Origin: Deinococcales bacterium
GTDB lineage: Bacteria; Deinococcota; Deinococci; Deinococcales; JAAFIG01
Assembly (NCBI GenBank): GCA_031414595.1
Contig: JANNVX010000064.1
Span: 23,519 to 87,518 of the forward strand
Reading direction: 5' to 3'
DNA length: 64,000 nt
Both the position numbers and the translations under genes were made by a program. The notes beneath the pieces are model-generated. The model made no database searches. It saw nothing but the letters and a program-made list of their open reading frames with translations, and had not been told where the DNA came from. Below, piece after piece: positions 8,993 to 18,963 of this stretch (positions within the stretch are counted from its first letter, which is position 1; each line of letters opens with the position of its first letter).

Positions 8993-9683
8993 AAGCTGCA
9001 TCAAAACGGTAGCCAACACCCCAGACGCTAATCACCCGTTCGCCCTCAATGCCTAATTTGCGTCTTAAGCGCACCACAGTCGTGTCCACAACTCGGTCAG
9101 AACCGTCGTATTCTGCGCCCCAAATTCGCTCGAGCAGATAATCGCGGGTAAAAGTACGTCCGGGATGACGCGCCAGCATCAGCAGCAATTCGTATTCCCT
9201 TGGGGTTAAATCGGTTAGTTTTTCGCCGATTCGCACCGCCCGAGCATTGTTATCGAGCTCGAACCGCCCAAAACGTAGCACCGCCACACGGCTTTCTTCT
9301 TCGATAATTTTGGCGCGGCGCAACATCGCCCGCACCCGAGCTAAGAATTCACGCAACGAAAAGGGCTTGACAATATAATCATCTGCCCCAACTTCAAAAC
9401 CAAGCACCCGATCTGTTTCTTCGGCTCGAGCCGTCAGCATTAAAATCGGTACAGTTGCAGTGGTTGCTCCACTGGAACGCCGTAAGCGCCGCGCCACCTC
9501 GAGACCATCTAAGCCGGGTAACATCAAATCCAGAATCAGTAAATCAAACGCCTCTAAACCGGCTCGCTCGAGGGCTTTAGAGCCATTACTTTCCAGAACG
9601 ACCAAATGACCCTCGCTCCGCAGATGTTCAGCAATGATATTTGCTAATTCTGATTCGTCTTCAACAACCAAAATTTTCGCCAC
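8991..9683 (-). CDS. OmpR/PhoB family response regulator
   Basis: ILVVEDE, LDLMLPGLDG, GADDYIVKPF, winged helix ending VWGVGYRF. Confidence 0.97.
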   Translation of the reverse strand: MAKILVVEDESELANIIAEHLRSEGHLVVLESNGSKALERAGLEAFDLLILDLMLPGLDGLEVARRLRRSSGATTATVPILMLTARAEETDRVLGFEVGADDYIVKPFSLREFLARVRAMLRRAKIIEEESRVAVLRFGRFELDNNARAVRIGEKLTDLTPREYELLLMLARHPGRTFTRDYLLERIWGAEYDGSDRVVDTTVVRLRRKLGIEGERVISVWGVGYRFDAA

Positions 9684-9752
9684 GATAACAGCAGTTTACT
9701 CTAAAAGAACCTGAAAAGTACGCCAAAAGTGTGCTAAACTCTGCAACGCCAT

Positions 9753-9829
9753 GCGCCCGTAGCTCAGTCGGATAGAGCAAAGCACTCCTAACGCTTAGGT
9801 CATCCGTTCAATTCGGATCGGGCGCACCA
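9753..9829 (+). tRNA. tRNA-Arg (anticodon CCT)
   Basis: GCGCCCG/CGGGCGC acceptor stem, D-arm AGCTCAGTCGGATAGAGC, loop CT-CCT-AA, T-loop TTCAATT, encoded CCA. Confidence 0.93.
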
Positions 9830-9874
9830 CTATTTTACTCGAATCTAAAGAATGAACGGTAGATTTTGTAAGCT

Positions 9875-9902
9875 GATGCTCGAGAACTTCTTGCCATGTC
9901 AT
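9875..9902 (-). pseudogene. Truncated 5' end of a Uma2-like endonuclease gene
   Basis: GAGGT RBS plus MTWQEVLEH (Uma2-type start recognised from memory); resemblance stops just after the CTCGAG at 9879-9884. Confidence 0.35.
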
Positions 9903-9936
9903 AAGCACCTCTTTAGGTTTATTGTGCGTTGAATTT

Positions 9937-9984
9937 TTCGGGGATGCCAGCAAAATACTGGCTGTCGTTAATCCAGACCTTTTG
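9937..9984 (-). pseudogene. 48-bp relic of an RM-enzyme C-terminal segment (homologous to 11992-12039)
   Basis: Encodes QKVWINDSQYFAGIPE versus QKVWINDTQYFAGIPE in the intact gene. Confidence 0.85.
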
Positions 9985-10135
9985 GGTACAAATTTTAACT
10001 GCTTAAGTTTAGTCAACCAAACCGCATAACGCAAATGGTAACGTAAAGAGTAACGCAATCCGGTTTAGTGCATATAGCGCAACAGACATATTAAACCGAC
10101 TTGAGTAACGTAAAAGTAGCGCAAAAGTAACGTAA

Positions 10136-11821
10136 TTATTTCTGGACTGTTCGGTAGATTGCCTTATTGCGTATCCCCACCATTTCGAGTTTACCTTGTT
10201 TGACTAAACGCCTCAGTAAATAAGAGGCTTGGTCTTCAGAAAGCGTCGTGAAGAGTCGCATAACATCAGCTCTGGTAATTTCCGATTTGGCTTTCAGTAA
10301 ACTAGAGACCATGATTTCCTGTTCGGTGGCAACCAATCCACGTTGTCGAACATAGGCTTCTGGCTTACCCAATTGCTCATAAACAGCAGCACTTAAATGA
10401 TAGGTTTTGGGGCGCTTAAAGCCCCGAGCCTCGAGCAACCCAAGCTCGAGAAGCCGATTCAGTAGCATTGTAGCATGAGTCACATTATTTTCTAAGAGTT
10501 GAGTGGCTTGGTTTGTATTGATGTCACCCTCGAGAGCAACTTGATGCAAAATCAGGAGAGTAGCCCAGTCCAAGGGTTTACCAAGACGGTTTTGGACTTC
10601 GAGCCAGATATAAACCAATTTAAGGTCAGCTTCACCGCCAGAAAAAGAGAGCTTGACTGTTTGCCGATTTGTGCCAAAGTAACTTGGGGCAGCCCTGCCT
10701 GTACGAAGAATACTCTCAAAAATTCGCTCTACCCCTCGGGCGGTGCGTTCAACTAAACCAAGGCGCTTAAAAATATCTGCCAGCATTGGATTACGAGGAC
10801 GTGGCTCGGTACTGATGATATTTTCTAAAGTTACGCCTTCGACAAAACCGCCCGGACTCGAAATACTTAGGGCATCATTCTCGAGGATGCGAACATAAAC
10901 CGCTTGCCGTAGACTGTAATCCCTGTGAACAAGTGCATTGGCAAGGCTTTCGCGCACGGCTTCTTTGGGGTAAAGCGGTATGCCAATGCGTTGTAAGCCC
11001 CAATCGAGTTCTTGTTCACGGTTACGCACCAAAATATACTGCTCGAGGCTTTGCAAGAGTTTAAGCAGAGGTTCACGAAAAAACTGATTGACTTCAACAG
11101 CCTGTTCCGCGCCTAAGACCTGAAAAGCTGCCTCATGACTTGGAACGAATTCTTGCAAGGCTCTTTGTTTGCCCACAAGTAATAAACCCGCCAAAGTTGG
11201 GCGCACCACACCATCAACTGTTTTTACTAAACCCAAGGCTTTGGCTTGTTCAAGATGCCCTAAATCACGCAAACTAGGGTCGCTATTGGGGTTATCTTGC
11301 AATAACTGATTTAGGCGTTCAAATTCGAGTGGGTCAAGTTCGTCCCAAGTGGTATTCGACAGAATTTCTGCACTGTGGTCATATTGGGTCAGTTGTGACA
11401 AACGGCTTGGCATTTGGTCTGGATAGAACGGAATACACTCTGGGCGATTATGGACATCCAGACTACGGCGCATGGTTTTCCCATCGGTTGTGCTGATCAC
11501 CCGTTTGGCTTGTGGCACATCAATCACATCCACAAAAACATTGCCAACAGCAACTCGAGTTGCTCTAACGCCAGCACTTGGGCGGGTACGATTATTGATA
11601 CTTGCCTCGAGCCTTGGCGAAGTCATCTCGAGATGTTTTTGATGAACACCCGTTATCTGACCGTTATCTTCAACTCCAACCAGCAAAGTACCACCATCTG
11701 CATTGGCTAAACACACCACAGCTTCAAATAAATCGTTAGCTGAAATAGGCGCATCGCGCTTAAACTCGAGGGTCATGGATTCGCCGTGGGCTATCAATTT
11801 AAGCAATTCTGATTCGGTCAT
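10136..11821 (-). CDS. AlbA_2 (Schlafen-like) + HATPase_c_4 + HTH protein
   Basis: GESMTLEFK, LANADGGTLLVGVEDNG, RESLANALVHRDY, SPGG, PRNPMLADIF..LVERTARG, C-terminal HTHs; ATGA-coupled to the RM gene. Confidence 0.85.
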   Translation of the reverse strand: MTESELLKLIAHGESMTLEFKRDAPISANDLFEAVVCLANADGGTLLVGVEDNGQITGVHQKHLEMTSPRLEASINNRTRPSAGVRATRVAVGNVFVDVIDVPQAKRVISTTDGKTMRRSLDVHNRPECIPFYPDQMPSRLSQLTQYDHSAEILSNTTWDELDPLEFERLNQLLQDNPNSDPSLRDLGHLEQAKALGLVKTVDGVVRPTLAGLLLVGKQRALQEFVPSHEAAFQVLGAEQAVEVNQFFREPLLKLLQSLEQYILVRNREQELDWGLQRIGIPLYPKEAVRESLANALVHRDYSLRQAVYVRILENDALSISSPGGFVEGVTLENIISTEPRPRNPMLADIFKRLGLVERTARGVERIFESILRTGRAAPSYFGTNRQTVKLSFSGGEADLKLVYIWLEVQNRLGKPLDWATLLILHQVALEGDINTNQATQLLENNVTHATMLLNRLLELGLLEARGFKRPKTYHLSAAVYEQLGKPEAYVRQRGLVATEQEIMVSSLLKAKSEITRADVMRLFTTLSEDQASYLLRRLVKQGKLEMVGIRNKAIYRTVQK

Positions 11822-14800
11822 GCCGCCCCCAGCACCAAATCTATACCTTCCATTAGCCCTTGTGTTTGCTCGAGGGCAGCCGCCACTTGGCAATAATGGT
11901 TTATATCATCAAAGCTCAGTTCGCGTCCTTTGCGGTCTTTAAGCCACTTCTCGAGAACTTGATAGCCACCAATTCGGGTTTGCCAAAGCTGTTCGGGGAT
12001 GCCAGCAAAATACTGAGTATCGTTTATCCAAACTTTTTGAGCAGCGTACCGTGGTTTATCCACCACATTTAAGCCAGCTTGTGGAAAAGTTACACTGGTC
12101 TCGAGTTCGGTGGTCATTAAATGAAGCCCTGATAATTCACGTCCCAAACGCACCAGAGCAACAAAGGCACTTAAATCTGTGGGCAGTGGAATACGAGGGA
12201 AATCTATTTTTAAGAATTCGGCATAACGGCTACGGTATTTGGGGCTGTGCAGAACCGCATAGATATAATGCAGCACATCTTCGGGAGCAAAATTCTGGAT
12301 TAAATCGCCTAAGCCATCGGGCAGCCACTCGAGACCAAGAATTTGTCCAAGCGCCGCAATAAATTTGGGCGAAAGATTGGCTTTGCGCCTCTCTGCCTCG
12401 AGTGCCAAGCCTTCGGTATTTGGGTAGAGATAAAGCGGAAAAATTTGTACACCACCACGCATAAAAACATTTTGGTCTATCGGACTTTTCGAGATTTGAA
12501 CAAGCGACCAAACAGGGTCATTGACAGCCATTCCTTGGCGACCAATACCAAGACAAAGATTATCTTGATGAACTACATGTTGTAAAAGTTCACGCCTTGG
12601 GCGATCCATCAAAAGATTACTGAAATAACACCACCGTGTATCAAATGGGCGATAGTGGCATTTAACAATCGGGGACTGCCAATTTTCATCTTTTCTCAAG
12701 GCTGCTCGAGTTGCCTGTAACGTCCAATTACCGCCATTCTTAATCTCATATTGTTGACGCAAAACATCATCGCTTTGACTCGAGTCTCGTAAATTCTCAA
12801 TTCGTTCTTCTATTTCGGATTTATCAAAAGCAATCGCAAAGTTATCACGGTGCGTCTTAAAACCATTGGCACTGATTGAAAAAATATCTGGGATACCCCA
12901 AAATTCTTGATATTCGACTTGTGCATTTATATCTTGAGGAGAGAACAAATAAAATGGGCTGGCGGGAAAAATTTCTGTCCATTGGGTGCTTTGTAGGTCG
13001 TTTTCCTCGAGCCAAAAGTATTTACCGCCTGTCAATTTGGCATTCTCAGCTTTTCCCTCAAAAATCTCGCGTAGACCCCATAAATTGGCATGGTAAACCC
13101 GTTTTCCTAGCTCGAGTGGCGGTTTTTTGTTGGGTGGCAATTTGATAAAAAAACCAATTGCCACACCCTGCATAATGTCAAACACATTTTCGTCTTTGCT
13201 ACCATCTGGGGATGTTTCTTTTTTACGGCTGTTGCCGTGTAAATCCAGAAAATACAATTCGTCAAAACTGTTTAACAGCGCTTGGCGCATTCCTCTAAAG
13301 GTTGGGTTGTCCAAATACCCGTGGTTGGTCACAAATGCCAAAATTCCCGCACCAGTTTTGTCTATGCGCCACTGCGAAAAGCGAATAAATTTCACGTAAT
13401 CATCGTTTAAGTATTTTGAGTTGGCTTCGCCTAGTGGCATTCCATCTATTTCAAAATAATTCGTGCCAGTCTGGTTATTTAGCGTATCCAAGCCATGCAG
13501 CAAGTTGTGAATCCAGTCGCCAGTATTGGCGCTGTGTCCACTGTACGGCGGGTTGCCAAGTACGACCATCACGGGGGTATCGCGCTTGATGCTGCTGGCA
13601 GCCAAAGATTCTTGTTGTAGCGCGGCGGCAAAAGGCTGGAAGGCTTGGTCCACGCCTCGCGGTTGCTCGAGCGTGTTGGTCAAAAAAATTCGTACCCGTT
13701 CGTCTTTTTGTAGCTTATAACCAGTTCTCGAGAGTAAAAAATCGAGTTTTAAGTGTGCCAAGGTGTACGGTGCAATTAAGAATTCAAAACCATGCACTCG
13801 AGGCAGAATATGGTCTTTGACGTAGCCATTCCACATGCCTTGGTTGTTGCTAAAACCCGCGTAAATATGGTTAATCACCCGATGCAAAAAAGTGCCAGTG
13901 CCAGTGGCGGGGTCTAGCACTTGGACTTTATGCACGCCGTCTGCGGTTTTACTGGGGTCGGCAAGCCCGCGCTTTAGGTCAAAACGGGTTTTCAGGATGT
14001 TATCTACACTCCGCACGATGTAGCCCACCACGGGTTCTGGGGTGTAATAAACACCGCGTTTTTCTCGCATGGCTTTGTCGTAAGCCGCTAAAAAAGTTTC
14101 GTAAAAATGCAGTACCGGGTCGCCTGCGCCAGTGGTTTTGCCAAGTTCGGTTTTGATGCTTTCCATATTGGCACTGTCCAAAACCATTGCGGCTTCCTCG
14201 AGCGCCCAAACAAAATCTGGGTGGGCTTCTGCCCCGCCAAAGTAACTAAAAATCTGGGTCAGAACCGCATTGCCTCGAATGCCAAGCAAAGGTGTGGCAC
14301 GGCTAAAGGTGCGCTCCTTAAAATCTGGGGCAAACTGACTAAGTTCACCTAAACTGGTATCGGGTTCGTCTTGTTGGATTCGGGTCGCAAATAAGCCGTA
14401 GGTAAGGGTTTGGGCGTACAAGTCGGCAAATTCTTCTCGGGTTAGTTCGGCAACCAAAATGGTTTTGACACTTAAAAATTGTTCGGTCAGGGGTTTTTTT
14501 AGGAGTTTTAATTCTTCACGCAGCACCCGCCGAATCACCACACGGATTTGCTGAGCGTAATAGGCTAAACGCATAGCCAGTTCTCTGGCGCTGCCGGCGG
14601 CTGGGGTTGGATTCTGGACAAAGGCTTGCAGCAAACTGCTTAGTTCTTCTTCGGCATTGGCTCTTGGGGTAATGGTTTTCTCAACTAAATCGGCAAGCCG
14701 TACAGTGCGGCGCAACTTGCCACGCACATACCACCTGAACTCGAGGTAATCGGATAAAATCAGGTTGCCAAGGGCATTGGTGTAACGCTGCCACTGGTCG

Positions 14801-15048
14801 GTTTTTAAGACCTTATCGAGGTTTACAGCAAGGTCTTTAACCTCGAGATGCCCGACATCCAAGCTGCCTTTGGAAATAATAAAATCAGGTGCGCCGTAAA
14901 CTTTTCGTTTGGCTTCGTTGGTGGCTTTATAGCCAGTTAATACCGCCTCGAGTAAATCTTGTAAGTACGGGCGGTAGGTGTGTTCGGTGGCATCGGCTCG
15001 AGCGTAGGCTCGTTTAATCTGGCTTAGGTACTCTGCGATTTCGGACAT
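11818..15048 (-). CDS. Single-polypeptide RM enzyme (Type IIG / helicase-less ISP-like): nuclease + N6-adenine MTase + specificity domain
   Basis: PDF..LEVK nuclease-like motif, GVYYTPEPVV, LDPATGTGTFL, GNPPY, YRPFD, DFPRIP, IGGYQVLEKWLKDRK; start ATG 15048. Confidence 0.88.
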   Translation of the reverse strand: MSEIAEYLSQIKRAYARADATEHTYRPYLQDLLEAVLTGYKATNEAKRKVYGAPDFIISKGSLDVGHLEVKDLAVNLDKVLKTDQWQRYTNALGNLILSDYLEFRWYVRGKLRRTVRLADLVEKTITPRANAEEELSSLLQAFVQNPTPAAGSARELAMRLAYYAQQIRVVIRRVLREELKLLKKPLTEQFLSVKTILVAELTREEFADLYAQTLTYGLFATRIQQDEPDTSLGELSQFAPDFKERTFSRATPLLGIRGNAVLTQIFSYFGGAEAHPDFVWALEEAAMVLDSANMESIKTELGKTTGAGDPVLHFYETFLAAYDKAMREKRGVYYTPEPVVGYIVRSVDNILKTRFDLKRGLADPSKTADGVHKVQVLDPATGTGTFLHRVINHIYAGFSNNQGMWNGYVKDHILPRVHGFEFLIAPYTLAHLKLDFLLSRTGYKLQKDERVRIFLTNTLEQPRGVDQAFQPFAAALQQESLAASSIKRDTPVMVVLGNPPYSGHSANTGDWIHNLLHGLDTLNNQTGTNYFEIDGMPLGEANSKYLNDDYVKFIRFSQWRIDKTGAGILAFVTNHGYLDNPTFRGMRQALLNSFDELYFLDLHGNSRKKETSPDGSKDENVFDIMQGVAIGFFIKLPPNKKPPLELGKRVYHANLWGLREIFEGKAENAKLTGGKYFWLEENDLQSTQWTEIFPASPFYLFSPQDINAQVEYQEFWGIPDIFSISANGFKTHRDNFAIAFDKSEIEERIENLRDSSQSDDVLRQQYEIKNGGNWTLQATRAALRKDENWQSPIVKCHYRPFDTRWCYFSNLLMDRPRRELLQHVVHQDNLCLGIGRQGMAVNDPVWSLVQISKSPIDQNVFMRGGVQIFPLYLYPNTEGLALEAERRKANLSPKFIAALGQILGLEWLPDGLGDLIQNFAPEDVLHYIYAVLHSPKYRSRYAEFLKIDFPRIPLPTDLSAFVALVRLGRELSGLHLMTTELETSVTFPQAGLNVVDKPRYAAQKVWINDTQYFAGIPEQLWQTRIGGYQVLEKWLKDRKGRELSFDDINHYCQVAAALEQTQGLMEGIDLVLGAA

Positions 15049-15196
15049 AGAGCAGTCTACCAAAAGCACTTGGGGCTTTGGCTTCTTCCTTTTATATTGC
15101 TGCGTATTCTCTGGGCTGCCGAGGCTCGAGCCGATAAAACCCAAGAACCCTTGTAGCCCACAAATACGGTGCTGTGACGCTTCATGGGTATCTGAC

Positions 15197-15949
15197 CTAA
15201 AAACTGGCGATGCGGGCTTTGTATTGCCCTTCGTCGTCTATTAACATCTCGAGGTACTGGCGCTTCTCGAGGGCATCAATCATCGCAAAACCACTTTCTA
15301 AATCAAGCACAATCCCGTCTTTCATGACCGTATGCCCGTAGACCCCAAAGGCATGACCCGCGTCTTTGACATAAAATGGTTTTTCGTGCCACCAATGTTT
15401 AGAATCACGGTCATTGTAAAAAAAGTCATCAAAGTACATCATCCCCGGCAGTGGTCCTGCGTGGGAAAAATGGACACCTTCGATGCGAATATAACGCTGG
15501 AAACTTTTTATCCATTCTTGTAAATCTTCTGGGAGCGGTGTACCGCCCTTGCTTGGGTCAAATTCGGCATGGATGACACCCATTGCATTGCCCAGTAAGA
15601 ACTTATGCTCGAGCGCGGCATCGTCGTGATTACCCAGAATAATTTCGACGTTGCCACCAGATTTTTCGACAAATTCTTTAATCTTATAAAGTTCTCGAGT
15701 TTGCGCCCTAGAAGCACTTTTTAAGTGGTCGGGGTTGCGAAAATCATACCCTTCACGCCCGGTCAGTTCTTCATAGCGAACTGTGGTTTTAGGATGAACC
15801 AAGTCACCCATTAAAATCACGCGGTAGCGTCCGTCGAGGACTGGTGGGGTGGGGTTGCCGTGAGCATCCATTGCAAACGAGGCTTTGAGCGCTCCGTAAA
15901 GCAAGCCCCAATCTGTGTGGACATCTCCGATGGCGATAACTTTGACCAT
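15197..15949 (-). CDS. Calcineurin-like metallophosphoesterase
   Basis: GDVH, GDLVH, GNHD, HAG, GHT motifs. Confidence 0.9.
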   Translation of the reverse strand: MVKVIAIGDVHTDWGLLYGALKASFAMDAHGNPTPPVLDGRYRVILMGDLVHPKTTVRYEELTGREGYDFRNPDHLKSASRAQTRELYKIKEFVEKSGGNVEIILGNHDDAALEHKFLLGNAMGVIHAEFDPSKGGTPLPEDLQEWIKSFQRYIRIEGVHFSHAGPLPGMMYFDDFFYNDRDSKHWWHEKPFYVKDAGHAFGVYGHTVMKDGIVLDLESGFAMIDALEKRQYLEMLIDDEGQYKARIASF

Positions 15950-16108
15950 GTTCTACCATTCTACTCATACTGGGGGGTATATCGCAAAGACCCTTGAGTG
16001 GGGGACGAAAATACGCCCGGTATGAAAAACTTCACATTCAAACAAAATTACAGTGCATTTTTTGAACTGTGTTATCAGCCTATATCTTGGAGTATGATGC
16101 CAAGCCAC

Positions 16109-17101
16109 ATGAACTCGAGTTTTGTTGGTTTGACCGCACTTGGCACATATGTCCCCGAGGAAATCGTCACCAACGATGATTTAAGAAAGCGCGGCGTAGA
16201 AACGTCCGATGAGTGGATTCAATCTCGGACTGGAATAAAAGAACGGCGTTTTGCTCGAGAAGACGAATTTACCAGCCATCTGTGTATTGGTGCAGTCGAG
16301 AATCTTGTGGCGCGGTACGGAGCAAAGGTACTCGAGGGCGTGGATATGGTGATTGTCGCAACCAGTACCCCAGATGCGCTTTTTCCACAAACCGCCGCAC
16401 TGGTTCAAAATCATTTTAAGTTAAATGCTGGAGCATTTGATTTACTGGCAGCTTGCCCGGGCTGGATATACGCCTTGTCGGTGGCGGCTGCCTATACCAA
16501 AAGTGGGATTCGTAAAAAAGTCTTGGCAATTGGGGCAGAGGCTTTAACCAAAATCCTTGATTGGTCTGACCGCACGACACTGGTGCTGTTTGGCGACGGG
16601 GCATGTGCTGGGATTGTCGAGGTCGTGCCAGAAGGTTACGGCTTTAAGAGCTTTGTACTGGGCGCAGATGGCGAAGGCGGCAAACACTTAAATATGCGTT
16701 GTATCAATAAAACCTTACCAGACGGTAATCCGTTGTCTGAATTTGTGTCCATGAACGGACGCGAAGTCTTTAAGTTTGCCGTGCGAGTGATGCACACCGC
16801 CACCAAACAAGCGGTTAGTGAAGCTGGCTTAGAACTAAAAGACATTGCCCAGTTTATTCCGCACCAAGCCAATTACCGAATTATAGATGCCGCCCGTGAA
16901 TACCTCGAGTTACCCGAAGACCGCGTGGTCGCCAACGTAGACCGTTACGGCAACACCAGTGCTGCCAGTATTGGTTTGGCGCTGCGTGAAGCCATAGATG
17001 ACGGTCGAATCAAAGACGGGCATCACCTTTTACTGGTGACGTTTGGAGCGGGTTTAACCTGGGCTGCCAGCGTGATTACATGGCATGAAAAGACGTTTTA
17101 G
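16109..17101 (+). CDS. fabH: 3-oxoacyl-ACP synthase III
   Basis: EWIQSRTGIKERR, AAC, FGDGA, PHQAN, GNTSAAS, FGAGLTW. Confidence 0.96.
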   Translation: MNSSFVGLTALGTYVPEEIVTNDDLRKRGVETSDEWIQSRTGIKERRFAREDEFTSHLCIGAVENLVARYGAKVLEGVDMVIVATSTPDALFPQTAALVQNHFKLNAGAFDLLAACPGWIYALSVAAAYTKSGIRKKVLAIGAEALTKILDWSDRTTLVLFGDGACAGIVEVVPEGYGFKSFVLGADGEGGKHLNMRCINKTLPDGNPLSEFVSMNGREVFKFAVRVMHTATKQAVSEAGLELKDIAQFIPHQANYRIIDAAREYLELPEDRVVANVDRYGNTSAASIGLALREAIDDGRIKDGHHLLLVTFGAGLTWAASVITWHEKTF

Positions 17102-17838
17102 TGCAGTTTAGTTTACTCGAGTGGGTCTTGTTGGGGCTTGGTGCATTGATTGCCGGTTCGAGCAAAGGCGGATTACCGGGGATTAACACCTTAGCCGTGG
17201 TTTTTTTTATACAGGTGCTACCCGCCAAAATTGCGACGGGCGCACTCCTACCGCTTTTAATTGCGGCTGATGTGGTGGCAGTGCTGCTTTTTCGCAATTC
17301 TGCCAATTGGCGTGAACTGTGGCGAATTTTTCCAAGTACCGCCGTCGGTGTGGTCTTGGGGGCGTTATTGCTTGGGCAAATAGATGATGCTGTAGTCAAG
17401 CCTCTGGTTGGCATTATTGTCTTGATTTTATGTGCTTTGCAATTCTGGCGTTCAAAAAACGCTGGCGCGGGCTTAGACTTGGTGCAACACCCTGTTACGG
17501 CTGCCTCGGCGGGTATCATTGCAGGGTTTACGACCCTGATTGCCAATGCTGCGGGTCCAATCATGACGCTTTATTTACTGGCAATGCGTTTACCAAAAAA
17601 CGAATTTGTTGGCACGACCGCCTGGTTTTTCTTTGTGGTCAATTTATTCAAGTTGCCTTTTATGCTTGGGCTTGGACTTATCAATGTCCAAAGTTTAGAA
17701 CTGAACTTATATTTAATTCCTGTTGTGATACTGGGTGTTTTTATTGGCAGATTCGCCATGCAAAAACTCGAGCAGAAAACCTTTAATAACCTTGCGCTGA
17801 TACTGGCTTTTCTGGGTGGATTACGGCTGCTTTTTTAA
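17101..17838 (+). CDS. TauE/SafE (TSUP) family membrane transporter
   Basis: About 8 TM helices, GSSKGGLPG, NAAGPIMTLYL. Confidence 0.85.
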   Translation: MQFSLLEWVLLGLGALIAGSSKGGLPGINTLAVVFFIQVLPAKIATGALLPLLIAADVVAVLLFRNSANWRELWRIFPSTAVGVVLGALLLGQIDDAVVKPLVGIIVLILCALQFWRSKNAGAGLDLVQHPVTAASAGIIAGFTTLIANAAGPIMTLYLLAMRLPKNEFVGTTAWFFFVVNLFKLPFMLGLGLINVQSLELNLYLIPVVILGVFIGRFAMQKLEQKTFNNLALILAFLGGLRLLF

Positions 17839-18963
17839 CCACTCGAGAATCTCGGTGCGGTGTTCGTCTAACCTCGGTGGGGCTTTTGTAATCGGTAAAG
17901 AAGCACCATTAAATTCAAAAGGAGGTTTGGTCAAACGAACCTGACCTAATTCTGGATGCTGGACACACTGCACCACACCTCGAGAAACCGCCCAGTCTGA
18001 CTCGAGAACCTGACCGACACTCCAAACCGCGCCACAAGGCACACCTGAGCCTTGCAGAAGTTCAATTGCTGCCTCGCTCGAGAAACGAACCAAATGCGCT
18101 TCTAAATGTTGTGTTAGCTCGAGACGATGGATTAAACGCTGTTCGTTTGTAGCAAATTGTGGCTCGAGTAAATCTGAGGCGTTCAGGGCAGCACAAAGTT
18201 TTTGGTACAAGACATCATTGCCACAAGCGATATTCACAAAACCATCCATTGTTTTATACGTTCCATACGGCACAATACTGCGGTGTTCATTGCCGAGGCG
18301 TTCAGCATCTTCACCAGCATTTAAGTAGCGACTATTCTGATACGTGCCGAGCGCCACCATACTCTCGAGCAGATTGATTTCAATCTGTTTGCCCAAGCCG
18401 GTGCGCTCACGCTCATACAGCGCTGCCAGAATCGCTTGGGTGGCAAGCGAACCCGCAAAAATATCGGCGATGGCTACCCCAGCCTTTTGTGGCAGACCGT
18501 TTGGTTCGCCAGTGTAACTCATAAAACCACTCATGCCTTGGGCGATTAAGTCATAACCCGCCCAATCTTTTAACGTGCCACTCGAGCCAAAACCAGAAAT
18601 ACTACACCTAATCAAACGCGGATTTTTGGTTTGAATCCCTAGTTTCTCGAGGGTTTTCGGACGGTAATTCTCCACCAGCACATCGGCAGCATCAACAATT
18701 TGTTGGGCAATCTCGAGGTCAGACGGGTTTTTCAAGTCCAAGGCAATACTGCGTTTATTGCGATTTGCTGACAAAAAATAGGTGGCTTCTCTTATCCCAT
18801 TGTTCTCGAGCCAAGGCGCACCCCACGCCCTTGTGTCATCGCCGTTTGGAGGTTCGATTTTAATGACATCCGCGCCCAAATCGCCTAGGGTTTGGGTGCA
18901 GTAAGGACCCGTTAAAACCCGGGTAAAATCGGCAACCACAATGCCAGATAAAGGAAGATTCAT
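17821..18963 (-). CDS. CaiB/BaiF family III CoA-transferase
   Basis: GPYCTQTLGDLGADVIKIEPP, NRNKRS, ENYRP, GYDLIAQGMSG. Confidence 0.95.
   Translation of the reverse strand: MNLPLSGIVVADFTRVLTGPYCTQTLGDLGADVIKIEPPNGDDTRAWGAPWLENNGIREATYFLSANRNKRSIALDLKNPSDLEIAQQIVDAADVLVENYRPKTLEKLGIQTKNPRLIRCSISGFGSSGTLKDWAGYDLIAQGMSGFMSYTGEPNGLPQKAGVAIADIFAGSLATQAILAALYERERTGLGKQIEINLLESMVALGTYQNSRYLNAGEDAERLGNEHRSIVPYGTYKTMDGFVNIACGNDVLYQKLCAALNASDLLEPQFATNEQRLIHRLELTQHLEAHLVRFSSEAAIELLQGSGVPCGAVWSVGQVLESDWAVSRGVVQCVQHPELGQVRLTKPPFEFNGASLPITKAPPRLDEHRTEILEWLKKQP

Noticed and set aside
10026-10136. Deinococcal radiation/desiccation response motif (RDRM)
   Set aside because: Only direct-repeat half-site-like words, not the 17-bp palindrome, and they lie downstream of a gene.
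11818-15048. RM methyltransferase as the enzyme responsible for CTCGAG iteration
   Set aside because: Type IIG/ISP-like enzymes generally recognise asymmetric sites and this one lies in a variable locus; nothing in the sequence links it to CTCGAG.
9753-15200. Prophage or integrative element at tRNA-Arg
   Set aside because: No integrase, no phage genes, and I saw no duplicated tRNA 3' end.
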